From: Gemmatimonadaceae bacterium
GTDB lineage: Bacteria > Gemmatimonadota > Gemmatimonadetes > Gemmatimonadales > Gemmatimonadaceae
NCBI GenBank assembly: GCA_043718595.1
Contig: JAYSVL010000503.1
Span: 1 to 35,407, forward strand
Direction: 5' to 3'
DNA length: 35,407 nucleotides
Of this stretch, positions 9,571-17,986 are shown one piece after another; the first letter of the stretch is position 1, and the number at the start of each line of letters is the position of its first letter. Made by a program: the position numbers and the translations under genes. The notes beneath the pieces are model-generated. The model saw only the letters and a program-made list of their open reading frames with translations. It ran no database searches and was not told the DNA's origin.

Positions 9571-10219
9571 TCCACTTGCCAGTGGCGTCACCCATCTCCT
9601 GCATCACCATCGCATCGGTGCGACCGGTGGACTTAAGGACATGAAAACTGTGGTCGGCGCCTTGCACCCAGTGCATCGTCCACGGAGCCGTCACGGTGGT
9701 GAGCGCGCGCTCCATTAGCGTCGGCGTGCACAACGCATCGCGTGTGCCGTTGAAGCAGAGCGTCGGCATGCGAATCTGCGGCAAGTGCGCGTCACGCAGT
9801 TTCTCCGGTTGACCGGCAGGGTGCAGCGGATAGGCGAACAGCAGCAGTCCATCCGCCTCGTGCGCCTCAGCCGCCAGCATCGACGCCGCACGACCTCCCA
9901 TCGAGCGCCCGCCAATTAATAGTCGCGTTGGCGAGAGCGCAGTGCGCACATGCGCGACGACCGCCGCCGTGGTCTCCATCAATCGCGGCATCGGATCGGG
10001 ACGCCCGGACTTCTTCTCCGTGTAGAGAAAGTTGAATCGCACAACGGCCAATCCCGCATCGTGCATGGCGCGCGCCGTCGCGAGCACACCGCGGTCCGAC
10101 AGACTGCCACCCGCCCCGTGTGCACAGACAAACACCGGCGCATCGTGTGCATCAGCCGGTGTATACACAGCGCTCACGGTGTCGGCGCCAACGGGCACGG
10201 TCCACAGGTTGTCGGTCAT
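9554..10219 (-). CDS. Alpha/beta hydrolase (KANL3/Tex30-like)
   Basis: AHGAG, GGRSMGGR, YPLHP.G, GTRD and ADHSF motifs. Coupled to the UvrD stop (ATGA overlap). Confidence 0.88.
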   Translation of the reverse strand: MTDNLWTVPVGADTVSAVYTPADAHDAPVFVCAHGAGGSLSDRGVLATARAMHDAGLAVVRFNFLYTEKKSGRPDPMPRLMETTAAVVAHVRTALSPTRLLIGGRSMGGRAASMLAAEAHEADGLLLFAYPLHPAGQPEKLRDAHLPQIRMPTLCFNGTRDALCTPTLMERALTTVTAPWTMHWVQGADHSFHVLKSTGRTDAMVMQEMGDATGKWITTLG

Positions 10220-13134
10220 GATGATGCGTGTGGTGTGAGTAACATTTCGTCGAGGAAGCGATGACCGCTGACGGATTTGCCGCCACGCGTGGCCACCGTG
10301 GTGAGCACCAGTCGGTCGATCGTGCGCGTCATGCCAACGTACAGCAAGCGCCGCCCCTCCTCAATCTCGTGCGTCGTCGGGCCTTTCGACGGCGATCCAC
10401 CGGGAAGCTGCTCATCCTCAACGCCCACCACGTACACGCGTAAGAACTCCAGTCCTTTGGTGGAATGCAGGGTGAGCAGGTTCACACGTTGACGCTCACT
10501 CTCCACACCGTGCCACTGCGACAACACGACGCGCTCGAGGAACGTCGTCACTTGCTCGGCCAATGGTCCTTCAGGCAGCTCGGCGATAAGTCGACGCAAA
10601 CGCAGCATCGCCTGTGGATATCGATCGTCCGCCGACTTACTTGCACGTATGCGTTCCATTGCCTTGTCGCCGCCGAGGTTCTTGATCACGTACTCGCGCG
10701 TTGGCGCGTCGTCACCGCGCTCGCTCTCATACCACTCGAGCGCACCGCTGTATCGACCGAGCGACCACCCAGGCGTCAACTTGAGAAAAAGTCGACCTTC
10801 TGGCGTGAGCGTGTCCTTCTCACGACACGCCAAGGCAACGCCAAGATGGCCGAGCTGTTCCGTGAGTGCAGTTTTGCGCGCGCGCTCCAGCTTTACGCGC
10901 CCCAGCGCGAGCGTAACGTGCGCGAGGGCAATGGTATCATCGAGTGCGCGGTGAGACTGACCAGTGGGCACACCAAAATGACGAGCAAGATCGACCAGCT
11001 TGCGACTGGTGGGAAAGAGATCGCGCGCCAATGGCAGCGTGTCAAAGGTAGTCAGGCCGAAACGCTTGCCCTGTTCTTTCACCATGCGACTGAGAATGGG
11101 AAAGTCGAAATCATAACCGTTATGCGCGACGACAACATCAGTGCCCAGAAACTCGCGGAACGCCGGCCAGATCTCTTCGAAGTACGGCTTGTCGGCGAGT
11201 TCGGCCTCACTGATGCCATGTGTCTTGATGGCATCGGGCGCAATGGCCACACGCGGTCTCACCAGACGAACAAATGTCTCGACGACGACACCGTCGCGCA
11301 CACGCACAGCGGCAATCTCCACAATCTGCGCCGTCTGCACATCGTTGTCGGTGGTCTCCAGATCGATGGCGGTAAAGCTTGAGAAGGCGCTCGTCGACGT
11401 GTTCATCTCCAACAATTGCGCGGCTTTGAACACGGCGAGCGGCACATCGACGGATGTGATACGCGTCGGATCAAGTCGCATGACACCAGCGCTCTTGGGC
11501 TCGCTGCCACGCACGGCCTGCATGCCTACGTCGCGCAACATGCCCACGAGTGACACTTCGGCGCCGCCGAGTGGCGGAATCCAGAAGTCAACGCGATTAC
11601 TGCGTGCGCGACGGAGTTGTGCGGAAAGCGCCACCACGTCGGGCAGCGTGCCGGGGTCGGTAATCTCGTCGTGATGGTCGTCGAGGATGGAGCGGGTCAC
11701 GCCAACTTTGCGCGACAACAAGTCTTGCACCAGCGTGGTGAGTGACTGTTGTTGCAGGCCAATCGCTTGCAGGTTGCGAAAGTCGGCCAGTGCGCGCCGT
11801 ATCTGTCGCGCGCTTTCGTCGGCACGCGGCAGCTGCGACGACATGTGAGTGAGCTGTCGGCCGAGTGTGACATTGCGCTCTTCCGCTTTGGCGAGTGATT
11901 CATCGAACAGGGCGCGTGGCAACAATTCCTGAAAGAACCCGTTCCGAAACACGTCATCGTGCGGTGCCGCAATCACGCGCACGGCGGCAATCACGTAGCG
12001 CACCACCTTATCGTCGGCCAGCGCGCGCCCTTGTGCCAAGCGACACGGGATGCCGGCGTTGAGACACGCGGACTCAAGGCGATCACCAATTGCATGGGTG
12101 CGGTACAGCAGCGCGACGTCACCCCACGCGTGTCCATACTGTGCCCGATCTGATCGGATGTCGTGGACTATCCAGTCGGCTTCGTCGTCGTCGGTCTCAA
12201 AACGCAACGCCTGCACAGGAAATACAGACGCACGATCGGCGCGCGCGGGTACCCGATCGTCAAAGATTGGCGTGTTAACCGTAACGAGACGACGTGCGAC
12301 AGCGAACACATCGTGCGGGCAGCGACGATTCTCTTCCAGCTGCACGCGTGACGTGAGCCCAAAGTCATTGACGAAGGTACGAAAGACGGCGGGATCCGCT
12401 CCCGCCCACGAGTAGATGGACTGATCGTCGTCACCTACTGCAAACACATGACGGTGATCGCGAGCGAGTGCGCGCACGACGCGATACTGCACTGGGTTGA
12501 GATCCTGAAACTCATCGACAAGCACTACATCCCAGCGCGCGCGGATGGTCGCGGCCACGGTAGTGTTTTCAAGCAACTCCGCTGCCTTGATGACGAGCCC
12601 ATCGAAGTCGACCAAGTTGCGATCGCGCAAAAAGCGTTCGTACTCGACAAACAAATCCATGTCGTTGGCCATCAGCACGTCGCCGCGAAACCGGTACGCC
12701 GAAAAGCGTGTCAGCGTGTTGCGATGCCAGCGACGTGGTCCTTCAATGCGGCGCAGCGCACTGAGTTGATACTCCTCGTCCGCAATACCAAACCCCTGTT
12801 CTAGCTGCACATGGGTGCCGTGCACGCGCAAGATGTCGGCGCAAAAGGCGTGCAGCGTACCGCGGGTAATGTGCGCGGCGGCGGGCCCAAGACGCCCACT
12901 CAATCGCTGCGCGATTTCGCCAGCGGCTTTGTTGGTAAAGGTGAACGCGCAGATCCGCGCCGGATCGATGTGATGACGCTCGATGAGATAACGAATTCGC
13001 TCGGTGAGACAGAACGTCTTGCCCGCACCCGGGCCCGCGAGCACGAGCAGGGCGCGTGGCTCGGCCTCTATCGCAAGTTCCTGCGACGGGGACGGTGTGG
13101 CGGCTGGCGGCGCAAACACGTGAGAGGTGGGCAC
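10216..13134 (-). CDS. UvrD/Rep/PcrA-family SF1 helicase with inserted DEDDh (DnaQ-like) 3'-5' exonuclease
   Basis: Helicase motifs AGPGAGKT, FTNKAA, VDEFQD, VGDDDQSIY, LYR, TLHSTKGLEF and EE.RRLLYVGMTR. Exonuclease motifs IDLETT, AHNGYDFD and HRALDD lie between helicase motifs IV and V. Confidence 0.9.
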   Translation of the reverse strand: MPTSHVFAPPAATPSPSQELAIEAEPRALLVLAGPGAGKTFCLTERIRYLIERHHIDPARICAFTFTNKAAGEIAQRLSGRLGPAAAHITRGTLHAFCADILRVHGTHVQLEQGFGIADEEYQLSALRRIEGPRRWHRNTLTRFSAYRFRGDVLMANDMDLFVEYERFLRDRNLVDFDGLVIKAAELLENTTVAATIRARWDVVLVDEFQDLNPVQYRVVRALARDHRHVFAVGDDDQSIYSWAGADPAVFRTFVNDFGLTSRVQLEENRRCPHDVFAVARRLVTVNTPIFDDRVPARADRASVFPVQALRFETDDDEADWIVHDIRSDRAQYGHAWGDVALLYRTHAIGDRLESACLNAGIPCRLAQGRALADDKVVRYVIAAVRVIAAPHDDVFRNGFFQELLPRALFDESLAKAEERNVTLGRQLTHMSSQLPRADESARQIRRALADFRNLQAIGLQQQSLTTLVQDLLSRKVGVTRSILDDHHDEITDPGTLPDVVALSAQLRRARSNRVDFWIPPLGGAEVSLVGMLRDVGMQAVRGSEPKSAGVMRLDPTRITSVDVPLAVFKAAQLLEMNTSTSAFSSFTAIDLETTDNDVQTAQIVEIAAVRVRDGVVVETFVRLVRPRVAIAPDAIKTHGISEAELADKPYFEEIWPAFREFLGTDVVVAHNGYDFDFPILSRMVKEQGKRFGLTTFDTLPLARDLFPTSRKLVDLARHFGVPTGQSHRALDDTIALAHVTLALGRVKLERARKTALTEQLGHLGVALACREKDTLTPEGRLFLKLTPGWSLGRYSGALEWYESERGDDAPTREYVIKNLGGDKAMERIRASKSADDRYPQAMLRLRRLIAELPEGPLAEQVTTFLERVVLSQWHGVESERQRVNLLTLHSTKGLEFLRVYVVGVEDEQLPGGSPSKGPTTHEIEEGRRLLYVGMTRTIDRLVLTTVATRGGKSVSGHRFLDEMLLTPHASS

Positions 13135-13244
13135 ATCCGAAAACTACCAACGGGCAAACACCGCCGCGTGTCGCCATCACGCGCGTCCCATCAAATCGAT
13201 GCACTACGTCGGCCCCGACAGTTGCTGCACAACTCGCATCGCGT

Positions 13245-13970
13245 CTATCGCGCGTGGTGCTCGAGCCAGTCCATCGTCCATTGCATGGCGACCGTCCACT
13301 CCCCACCCGAGGTCAGGTGTCCTGCGCCGGTCAATGAGCGATGTCGATGGCGATCGGGACTCGCGCACCGCGCAAGCAGCGCATCGTGAAACACTCGCGC
13401 TGGTGCGGGTGGAACACTCACGTCGTGCTCGGCGGTAATGCTCAGCAACGCGGTATCACCGAATTGTTCAATCGCTTCGTGTGGACTGCCAGTACCGGGA
13501 TGATGGGGTGAGCCGAGTATCGCGACCGCCGCGCGCAGCGGCACGCCAGCCGCGATGGCCCGGTAGACGAGGAACGCGCCCATGGAGATTCCTACGGCGG
13601 AGACGCGCTCGGGATCTGCGTGGTGCGACATCACCAGAGCAGCGATGAGCGCAGGCAATTCGGCAATGCTCTCGTCGACACGCGGCAGCATGATCGCCAT
13701 GGCACCGCCCGGTGTTGTTGCCAGTCGAGGGGTGATCGACGCGTCGTGTCGCGCGCCGTGGCCAACGACATCCACACCGACCGCAAGAAAGCCGGAGTGT
13801 GCGCATCGTTCAAGTTCTGCCGCATGAGCGAGTGCGTCGGCGCGAAATCCGTGGAACCAGAGCACGGTGGGCAGCGGCGCATCCGCGATTGGTGGTGCGC
13901 CGATCAACACCGGAACGTCGGCGATGATGGCGGCGCGAAGTGGGACAAGCGTGCGAACAGGAACAGTCAT
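13245..13970 (-). CDS. Alpha/beta hydrolase / esterase (YitV/YjfP-like)
   Basis: WFHG, GHGAR, GISMG, HDVSVP and GAGH motifs. Start placed at the ATG at 13970. Confidence 0.8.
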   Translation of the reverse strand: MTVPVRTLVPLRAAIIADVPVLIGAPPIADAPLPTVLWFHGFRADALAHAAELERCAHSGFLAVGVDVVGHGARHDASITPRLATTPGGAMAIMLPRVDESIAELPALIAALVMSHHADPERVSAVGISMGAFLVYRAIAAGVPLRAAVAILGSPHHPGTGSPHEAIEQFGDTALLSITAEHDVSVPPAPARVFHDALLARCASPDRHRHRSLTGAGHLTSGGEWTVAMQWTMDWLEHHAR

Positions 13971-13978
13971 AGTAGATG

Positions 13979-14142
13979 TGCTTCTGCCAGGGTGTTTGGC
14001 TCTTCTCTCGGTCACGCGCGACAGCATCACCAGCGTGCCGGACTACACCGTCCTGCGTCCATGGTGTCGCTGGCATTTGCTAACCAGTGTGGGCGCGGTG
14101 GGGCGATACTCGCCGCGCTTGCCGAACCTTGATGGCAGAGCA
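13979..14142. ncRNA. Unidentified long imperfect hairpin (candidate structured RNA or leader)
   Basis: Nested complementary blocks: TGCTTCTGCCA/TGGCAGAGCA, GTTTGGC/GCCGAAC, CACGCGC/GCGCGGTG, GTGCCGG/CTGGCAT and ACACCG/TGGTGT, plus a side hairpin GGCGA-TAC-TCGCC. Confidence 0.35.
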
Positions 14143-14302
14143 GCAGCCATGCCTTGGTGTTGACGACAAGGATGACCAGTGCAGTTGATGTGATTGACTG
14201 GGACGTGTACGTGACAGTGTTACGCGCCGAAGGTTCGCTTCCGTTGATCGAGGTGATGTACGTCAGGCTTCTGATGGCGACTGACCATCACATACGCGCA
14301 GT

Positions 14303-14866
14303 TCACGACACCGTCGTCCGCGAAATACTCACAGGTCGGTTAATGCCTCTGATTGTTGCGAGCTCTTCATCGGTGAGGCCGATCTGCTTGAGAATGCCGA
14401 GGATGAATGTTGTTTTGCCAGCGATGTAGCTGTCGATGTCATCGGGGAATTGTGCGGCGAGTGTCTGCTTCAGGTCGCCGTACGCGCGGGCCTCCTCCGG
14501 GTGCGCCCGAAGGTAATCGCGCACACCCAGGTTATTCTTCAGACTGAGACTGTGCCGCGGGCTAGCGTACAGATGGTGCCTGGGAAGCTCGGCTGGTTGC
14601 GCGAATGCATCGCGCTCGGGCACTCCCAGATCGCCACGGTGCGTGTATCCAACCTTGGTCAGCGCTTTCACGATGTACGGAATGTCGCGACGCGATGCCA
14701 CCACGATGCACGCGTCGATCACGGGCTTGGCGCACAGTCCCGGCACCGCTGTGCTGCCCACGTGCTCGATGCGCATCGCCGCATGTTGAACGGCGGGCCA
14801 CACGTATGCGCGAATGCGTTCAAACGTCTGTGGCCATTCGGGATGGTAGGCGTGGACTTCAACCAT
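14303..14866 (-). CDS. GrpB family (UPF0157) nucleotidyltransferase-fold protein
   Basis: Y.PEWP..F, IEHVGSTAVPGL.AKPVID, RDYLRAHP...Y..LK and Y..GK motifs. GGAG RBS precedes the ATG at 14866. Confidence 0.9.
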   Translation of the reverse strand: MVEVHAYHPEWPQTFERIRAYVWPAVQHAAMRIEHVGSTAVPGLCAKPVIDACIVVASRRDIPYIVKALTKVGYTHRGDLGVPERDAFAQPAELPRHHLYASPRHSLSLKNNLGVRDYLRAHPEEARAYGDLKQTLAAQFPDDIDSYIAGKTTFILGILKQIGLTDEELATIRGINRPVSISRTTVS

Positions 14867-14929
14867 GGCCGCTCCGCTCAACAAGGATACGCAGGTCGCG
14901 CCAGCCGTACCCGCCATGAAATTCGACAA

Positions 14930-15027
14930 CCTCAACGAAGGGTTCAGTTGAGCCGAATCAAATAGCGCGAGGGTAGCGAGCACACGATAGCTCGGCTGTT
15001 AACTGCAACCCCCTGTTAGAGTTAGAC
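14930..15027 (-). mobile_element. Integron attC-like recombination site (about 92-98 bp)
   Basis: Minus strand: R'' GTCTAAC with a tandem TCTAAC duplication, 5-nt spacer, L'' GTTGCAGT, inner stem AGCCGA/TCGGCT, L' ACTGAAC (extrahelical G), 5-nt spacer, R' GTTGAGG. It begins just after the stop of 15034-15405. Confidence 0.72.
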
Positions 15028-15033
15028 GGCGCC

Positions 15034-15405
15034 TCAGTAGGGGAGGGCCTCCGGGCCGAGGCCGACGTGGTCCGGCGACGGATCACTCTCGAACTGCACG
15101 GCCTCGATCTCGCTGCGCCCAAGACGCAGAGCCTTCGCGACGCGGTGCATTCCATCCATGACCGTGCCATCGGCCGCAAGGATGATCGGAAACGCAAGAT
15201 CCGCGTCGTCCATGAGCCTCACGTGGAAGACGAGGTCCCGCCAGGTCAGAACGTCCTCATCCCCCACGAACGGCGCATCAAGCTCACGCAGCTGCTCGAG
15301 AGAAACCCACCGGCGAGGCAGATCCGCGCTCAGTTCGACGAGTCGATGAACATCCCATGCAAGCGGGCCGCGCGGTGAGTCTCGGAAGAAGTACTGCTTG
15401 CGCAT
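15034..15405 (-). CDS. Small ParB/Srx-like hypothetical protein (cassette-borne)
   Basis: ADL.FPIIL..DG.VMDGMHRVAKA contains the ParB/Srx-type DGxHR motif. Flanked by cassette-like ends. Confidence 0.75.
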   Translation of the reverse strand: MRKQYFFRDSPRGPLAWDVHRLVELSADLPRRWVSLEQLRELDAPFVGDEDVLTWRDLVFHVRLMDDADLAFPIILAADGTVMDGMHRVAKALRLGRSEIEAVQFESDPSPDHVGLGPEALPY

Positions 15406-15431
15406 CGTAGTTCGGGGCGCGCGTCCGCCTA

Positions 15432-15696
15432 GAAGTTATGACTGGGCTGGCCCCGCGTTTCGCGTGGGTTAGTTCCTCCCGTGCCCGCAGCGTCACCAGA
15501 GCCGCCTGCGACGTTGTTCCTGTCGCACATCTTCGGAGACCAGCCCATGTCATCAGCTCTTGCTGTTGCGTCAATCATCTATCTTGGTCGCGACGTGCAC
15601 AAGGTCTCCGTCACGATCGCGGTGCTCCCGGCGGACGCGTCTCGTTGCAGCGACGCTCATTCCATGAATTGGTCCGTGCTGCAAGCTTCCCGATAG
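15432..15696 (+). mobile_element. IS110-family remnant: structured left end plus truncated transposase N-terminus
   Basis: GGAG RBS and ATG at 15547 give IIYLGRDVHKVSVTIAVL, matching the IS110 DEDD RuvC start (GxDxHK). Similarity is lost after about 15640. An upstream inverted repeat, TGGGCTGG 15443-15450 / CCAGCCCA 15540-15547, covers the start region. Confidence 0.7.
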
Positions 15697-15775
15697 GCTG
15701 CGAGGAACGCAGCGTAGCACCTCCCGACACAGAGAGAACCTCAAAAGATCAGTAGTCGGCTCACGGCTCAACTGC

Positions 15776-17485
15776 CTAAATCGGCCCCGCCTCTTTCGGC
15801 CACTCCAACGGCACACCGTCCTTGCGCAACAGCGCCTGAAAATCGCGCAGCAACTCCGCCGAGTTGCGCACCACACGCGGCGACACGCGCCGTGCAGAAC
15901 AGAACGCCACCAGCGCTCCTACTGACTCGCCAACGTTCCACTCCACCGGATGCAACCGATAGCAGCCGTTGGTGAGATGTGTGACACCAATGTTCTTGCA
16001 CGCCGGCAACAGATTCTCCACACGACGCGGCAGCAGGGCACCAAGCGGAATCTGGAACGGCAGCGTGCTTCCATACGCACCGTGATCGCCCGTCGTCGTG
16101 CGATGCAGGTCCATGCGATAGCTCCCAATCCCGACCGAGTCGGCGAACGGCGTCGCCCGCACCTCCGTTGTCGGCAGCCCCGTCTCACGCATGCGCAACT
16201 CCGTCACCACGTGCTGCTCAAGCACCGTGAACTCCGCACCAATGCGACGCCCCTCGCGGATGTACGGATACTTCGCCAGCCCGTCCGCGGTGCCCACGAT
16301 GTCTGGACGCAATCGCAAACCTTTCCAGCCCGCTCCACCGTCAGGACGCGGCGCTTCCGTCTGTAACCAATAGAGTAGCGACAAACTCTGTTGTTTCGCA
16401 CGCGCAATGTGTCGCGCCGCCGTTGCTGCACTCACATCACAGATCGCGCCGAATGTATAATCGTTGTGCGCCCAGTTGATCATCGTCACATCACCACGAT
16501 ACGCACCGGGCGTGAACAGATCGCGGTCGGCAATGCGTCGATACGTCCAGAATCCCTTTCGCACCACCGGATCAAATCCGATGCGTTTCGAGTCTTCATC
16601 GTCGAAGCTGAGCAGCCGACTGCGAACGCCAGACGCCGATGGCACCACCACCTCGCGCCAGAACGCGTAATCGCGCGGACGGTCGATGACATGCTCCTCG
16701 CCATGCACATAGTCGACGGCGAAACAACAAGTGAATCCCTGCAGATTGCCCGGCTGCGCCTTGTCCTTTGCATGTGGCTCCGCCGTCTCCGCGCGTGGCT
16801 CGGCGCCAATCACATACTCAGTGCGCGTGAGTGGCAGCAAATCACCCTGCTCAGTTGCATCGGCAAAGTACGGCGCGCGCAACACCACCGCGTCGCCCGA
16901 ATGCACGTCCACCACACGCACCGCGTCCACCCGATCACCCGTGGTGTTCGCGCTCACCGCTTTGTGGTTAAGCAGCACGCGCACCTGCCCGTTGCCTAGA
17001 TACGGCGCGAGCATTTGGTACAAGACGGCCAGCGCCACACGCGGTTCGCAGCCAATCCGCGACACCCAGCAATTGCCGGGATTGAGATTCTCCGTAGCCT
17101 TCGCCTTGTCGGTGAGTGGATAGTGCTGCTTGTAGTACGTGCGAATGCCGTGACGCAACGCCTGATAACTTCGTGTGCTGCCGAACGTCTCGCTCCACTT
17201 GTTCTCGTCCGGTGGCACTGCTTGCTGCGTGAGCTGCCCACCAATCCAGTCCGTCTCTTCGGTCATGATCACGCGCAATCCGTTGCGCGCGGCGGCGAGC
17301 GCTGAGGCACAGCCACCAAGTCCGCCGCCGATGATCACCAGATCGGCGACGAGTTCCGCAGCGCGGCGCGACGGCTGAGCCGAGCGTTCGGAATCCAACG
17401 GTTTCGCGAGCAGTGGGGCGGGAGCAACAAGGATCAACGGTGCGCCAACAGCCGCGCGCCATAAGAACTCGCGACGATCAATCAT
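15776..17485 (-). CDS. Tat-exported FAD-dependent oxidoreductase (FAD_oxidored family)
   Basis: Twin-arginine DRREFL signal, IIGGGLGG Rossmann motif, DATEQGDL, PYIREGRR, Y.MDLH and RLHPVEW. Confidence 0.9.
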   Translation of the reverse strand: MIDRREFLWRAAVGAPLILVAPAPLLAKPLDSERSAQPSRRAAELVADLVIIGGGLGGCASALAAARNGLRVIMTEETDWIGGQLTQQAVPPDENKWSETFGSTRSYQALRHGIRTYYKQHYPLTDKAKATENLNPGNCWVSRIGCEPRVALAVLYQMLAPYLGNGQVRVLLNHKAVSANTTGDRVDAVRVVDVHSGDAVVLRAPYFADATEQGDLLPLTRTEYVIGAEPRAETAEPHAKDKAQPGNLQGFTCCFAVDYVHGEEHVIDRPRDYAFWREVVVPSASGVRSRLLSFDDEDSKRIGFDPVVRKGFWTYRRIADRDLFTPGAYRGDVTMINWAHNDYTFGAICDVSAATAARHIARAKQQSLSLLYWLQTEAPRPDGGAGWKGLRLRPDIVGTADGLAKYPYIREGRRIGAEFTVLEQHVVTELRMRETGLPTTEVRATPFADSVGIGSYRMDLHRTTTGDHGAYGSTLPFQIPLGALLPRRVENLLPACKNIGVTHLTNGCYRLHPVEWNVGESVGALVAFCSARRVSPRVVRNSAELLRDFQALLRKDGVPLEWPKEAGPI

Positions 17486-17702
17486 GCGCGATGTCTTCGG
17501 CCATGTCCCACCAATCGCGCATAAGGCGCGCGGCCTCGAAACCCAGCGACATCAAGCATGTGGAGCGTCCTCCAGAATTCAGGGCAGCACGAAACGGTGT
17601 GCCCACGGAGATAGTCGCAAACCGCTATCGGCGCCACATCGGTGCGGCACCTTCGCCGAGCTCGAAGTCACAGAACGATTTGACGCTGGCGGCCTCGACA
17701 GA

Positions 17703-17732
17703 TATATTTAGCAATAGATACCAACCTATATA
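17703..17732 (+). promoter_or_regulatory. Probable autoregulatory operator/promoter of the MazF-type TA
   Basis: AT-rich patch with TATATT (17703), TAGATA (17715) and TATATA (17727) at exact 12-bp phase, followed by a GAGAGG RBS. Confidence 0.5.
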
Positions 17733-17743
17733 CGAGAGGCATC

Positions 17744-17983
17744 ATGGGCGTTCCCCTTATGCTGCAGGAAGACGATGCCCGGCGCATCGAATCGCTGAAG
17801 AAGCGGATCGGCGTTCGGACCAAGGTGGACGTCGTTCGCGCCGGGCTCGACATGCTCGAACGAGCGGCCGAGCGAACGGAGCGAATACGGCGATGGGAGC
17901 GCGCTGTCCGGCTCGTCGGCAGCGAAAGCCGTCGCGCCCTGCGCGACTTCCAGAGCCACAGCCGACTTGCGCGGGTCGACTAG
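17744..17983 (+). CDS. Putative antitoxin (ribbon-helix-helix/CopG-like)
   Basis: 79 aa with a strand-helix-helix pattern (VPLML..DDARRIESLK...TKVDVVRAGL). Ends 3 nt upstream of a PemK toxin. RBS present. Confidence 0.72.
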   Translation: MGVPLMLQEDDARRIESLKKRIGVRTKVDVVRAGLDMLERAAERTERIRRWERAVRLVGSESRRALRDFQSHSRLARVD

Positions 17984-17986
17984 TCC

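Noticed and set aside
14010-14090. Partial resemblance of the hairpin region to SAM-IV (TGCCAGCG...GCTGG) or c-di-GMP-I (GCAAA...GACGCA) riboswitches on the minus strand
   Set aside because: Other core elements (GCAACC for SAM-IV; GNRA loop and receptor for c-di-GMP-I) are missing, so it is left unassigned.
14154-14429. 91-aa plus-strand ORF
   Set aside because: It overlaps the GrpB 3' end on the opposite strand and has no RBS or motif support.
14867-14983. N-terminal extension of the GrpB ORF
   Set aside because: It runs through the attC-like site. The RBS supports the ATG at 14866.
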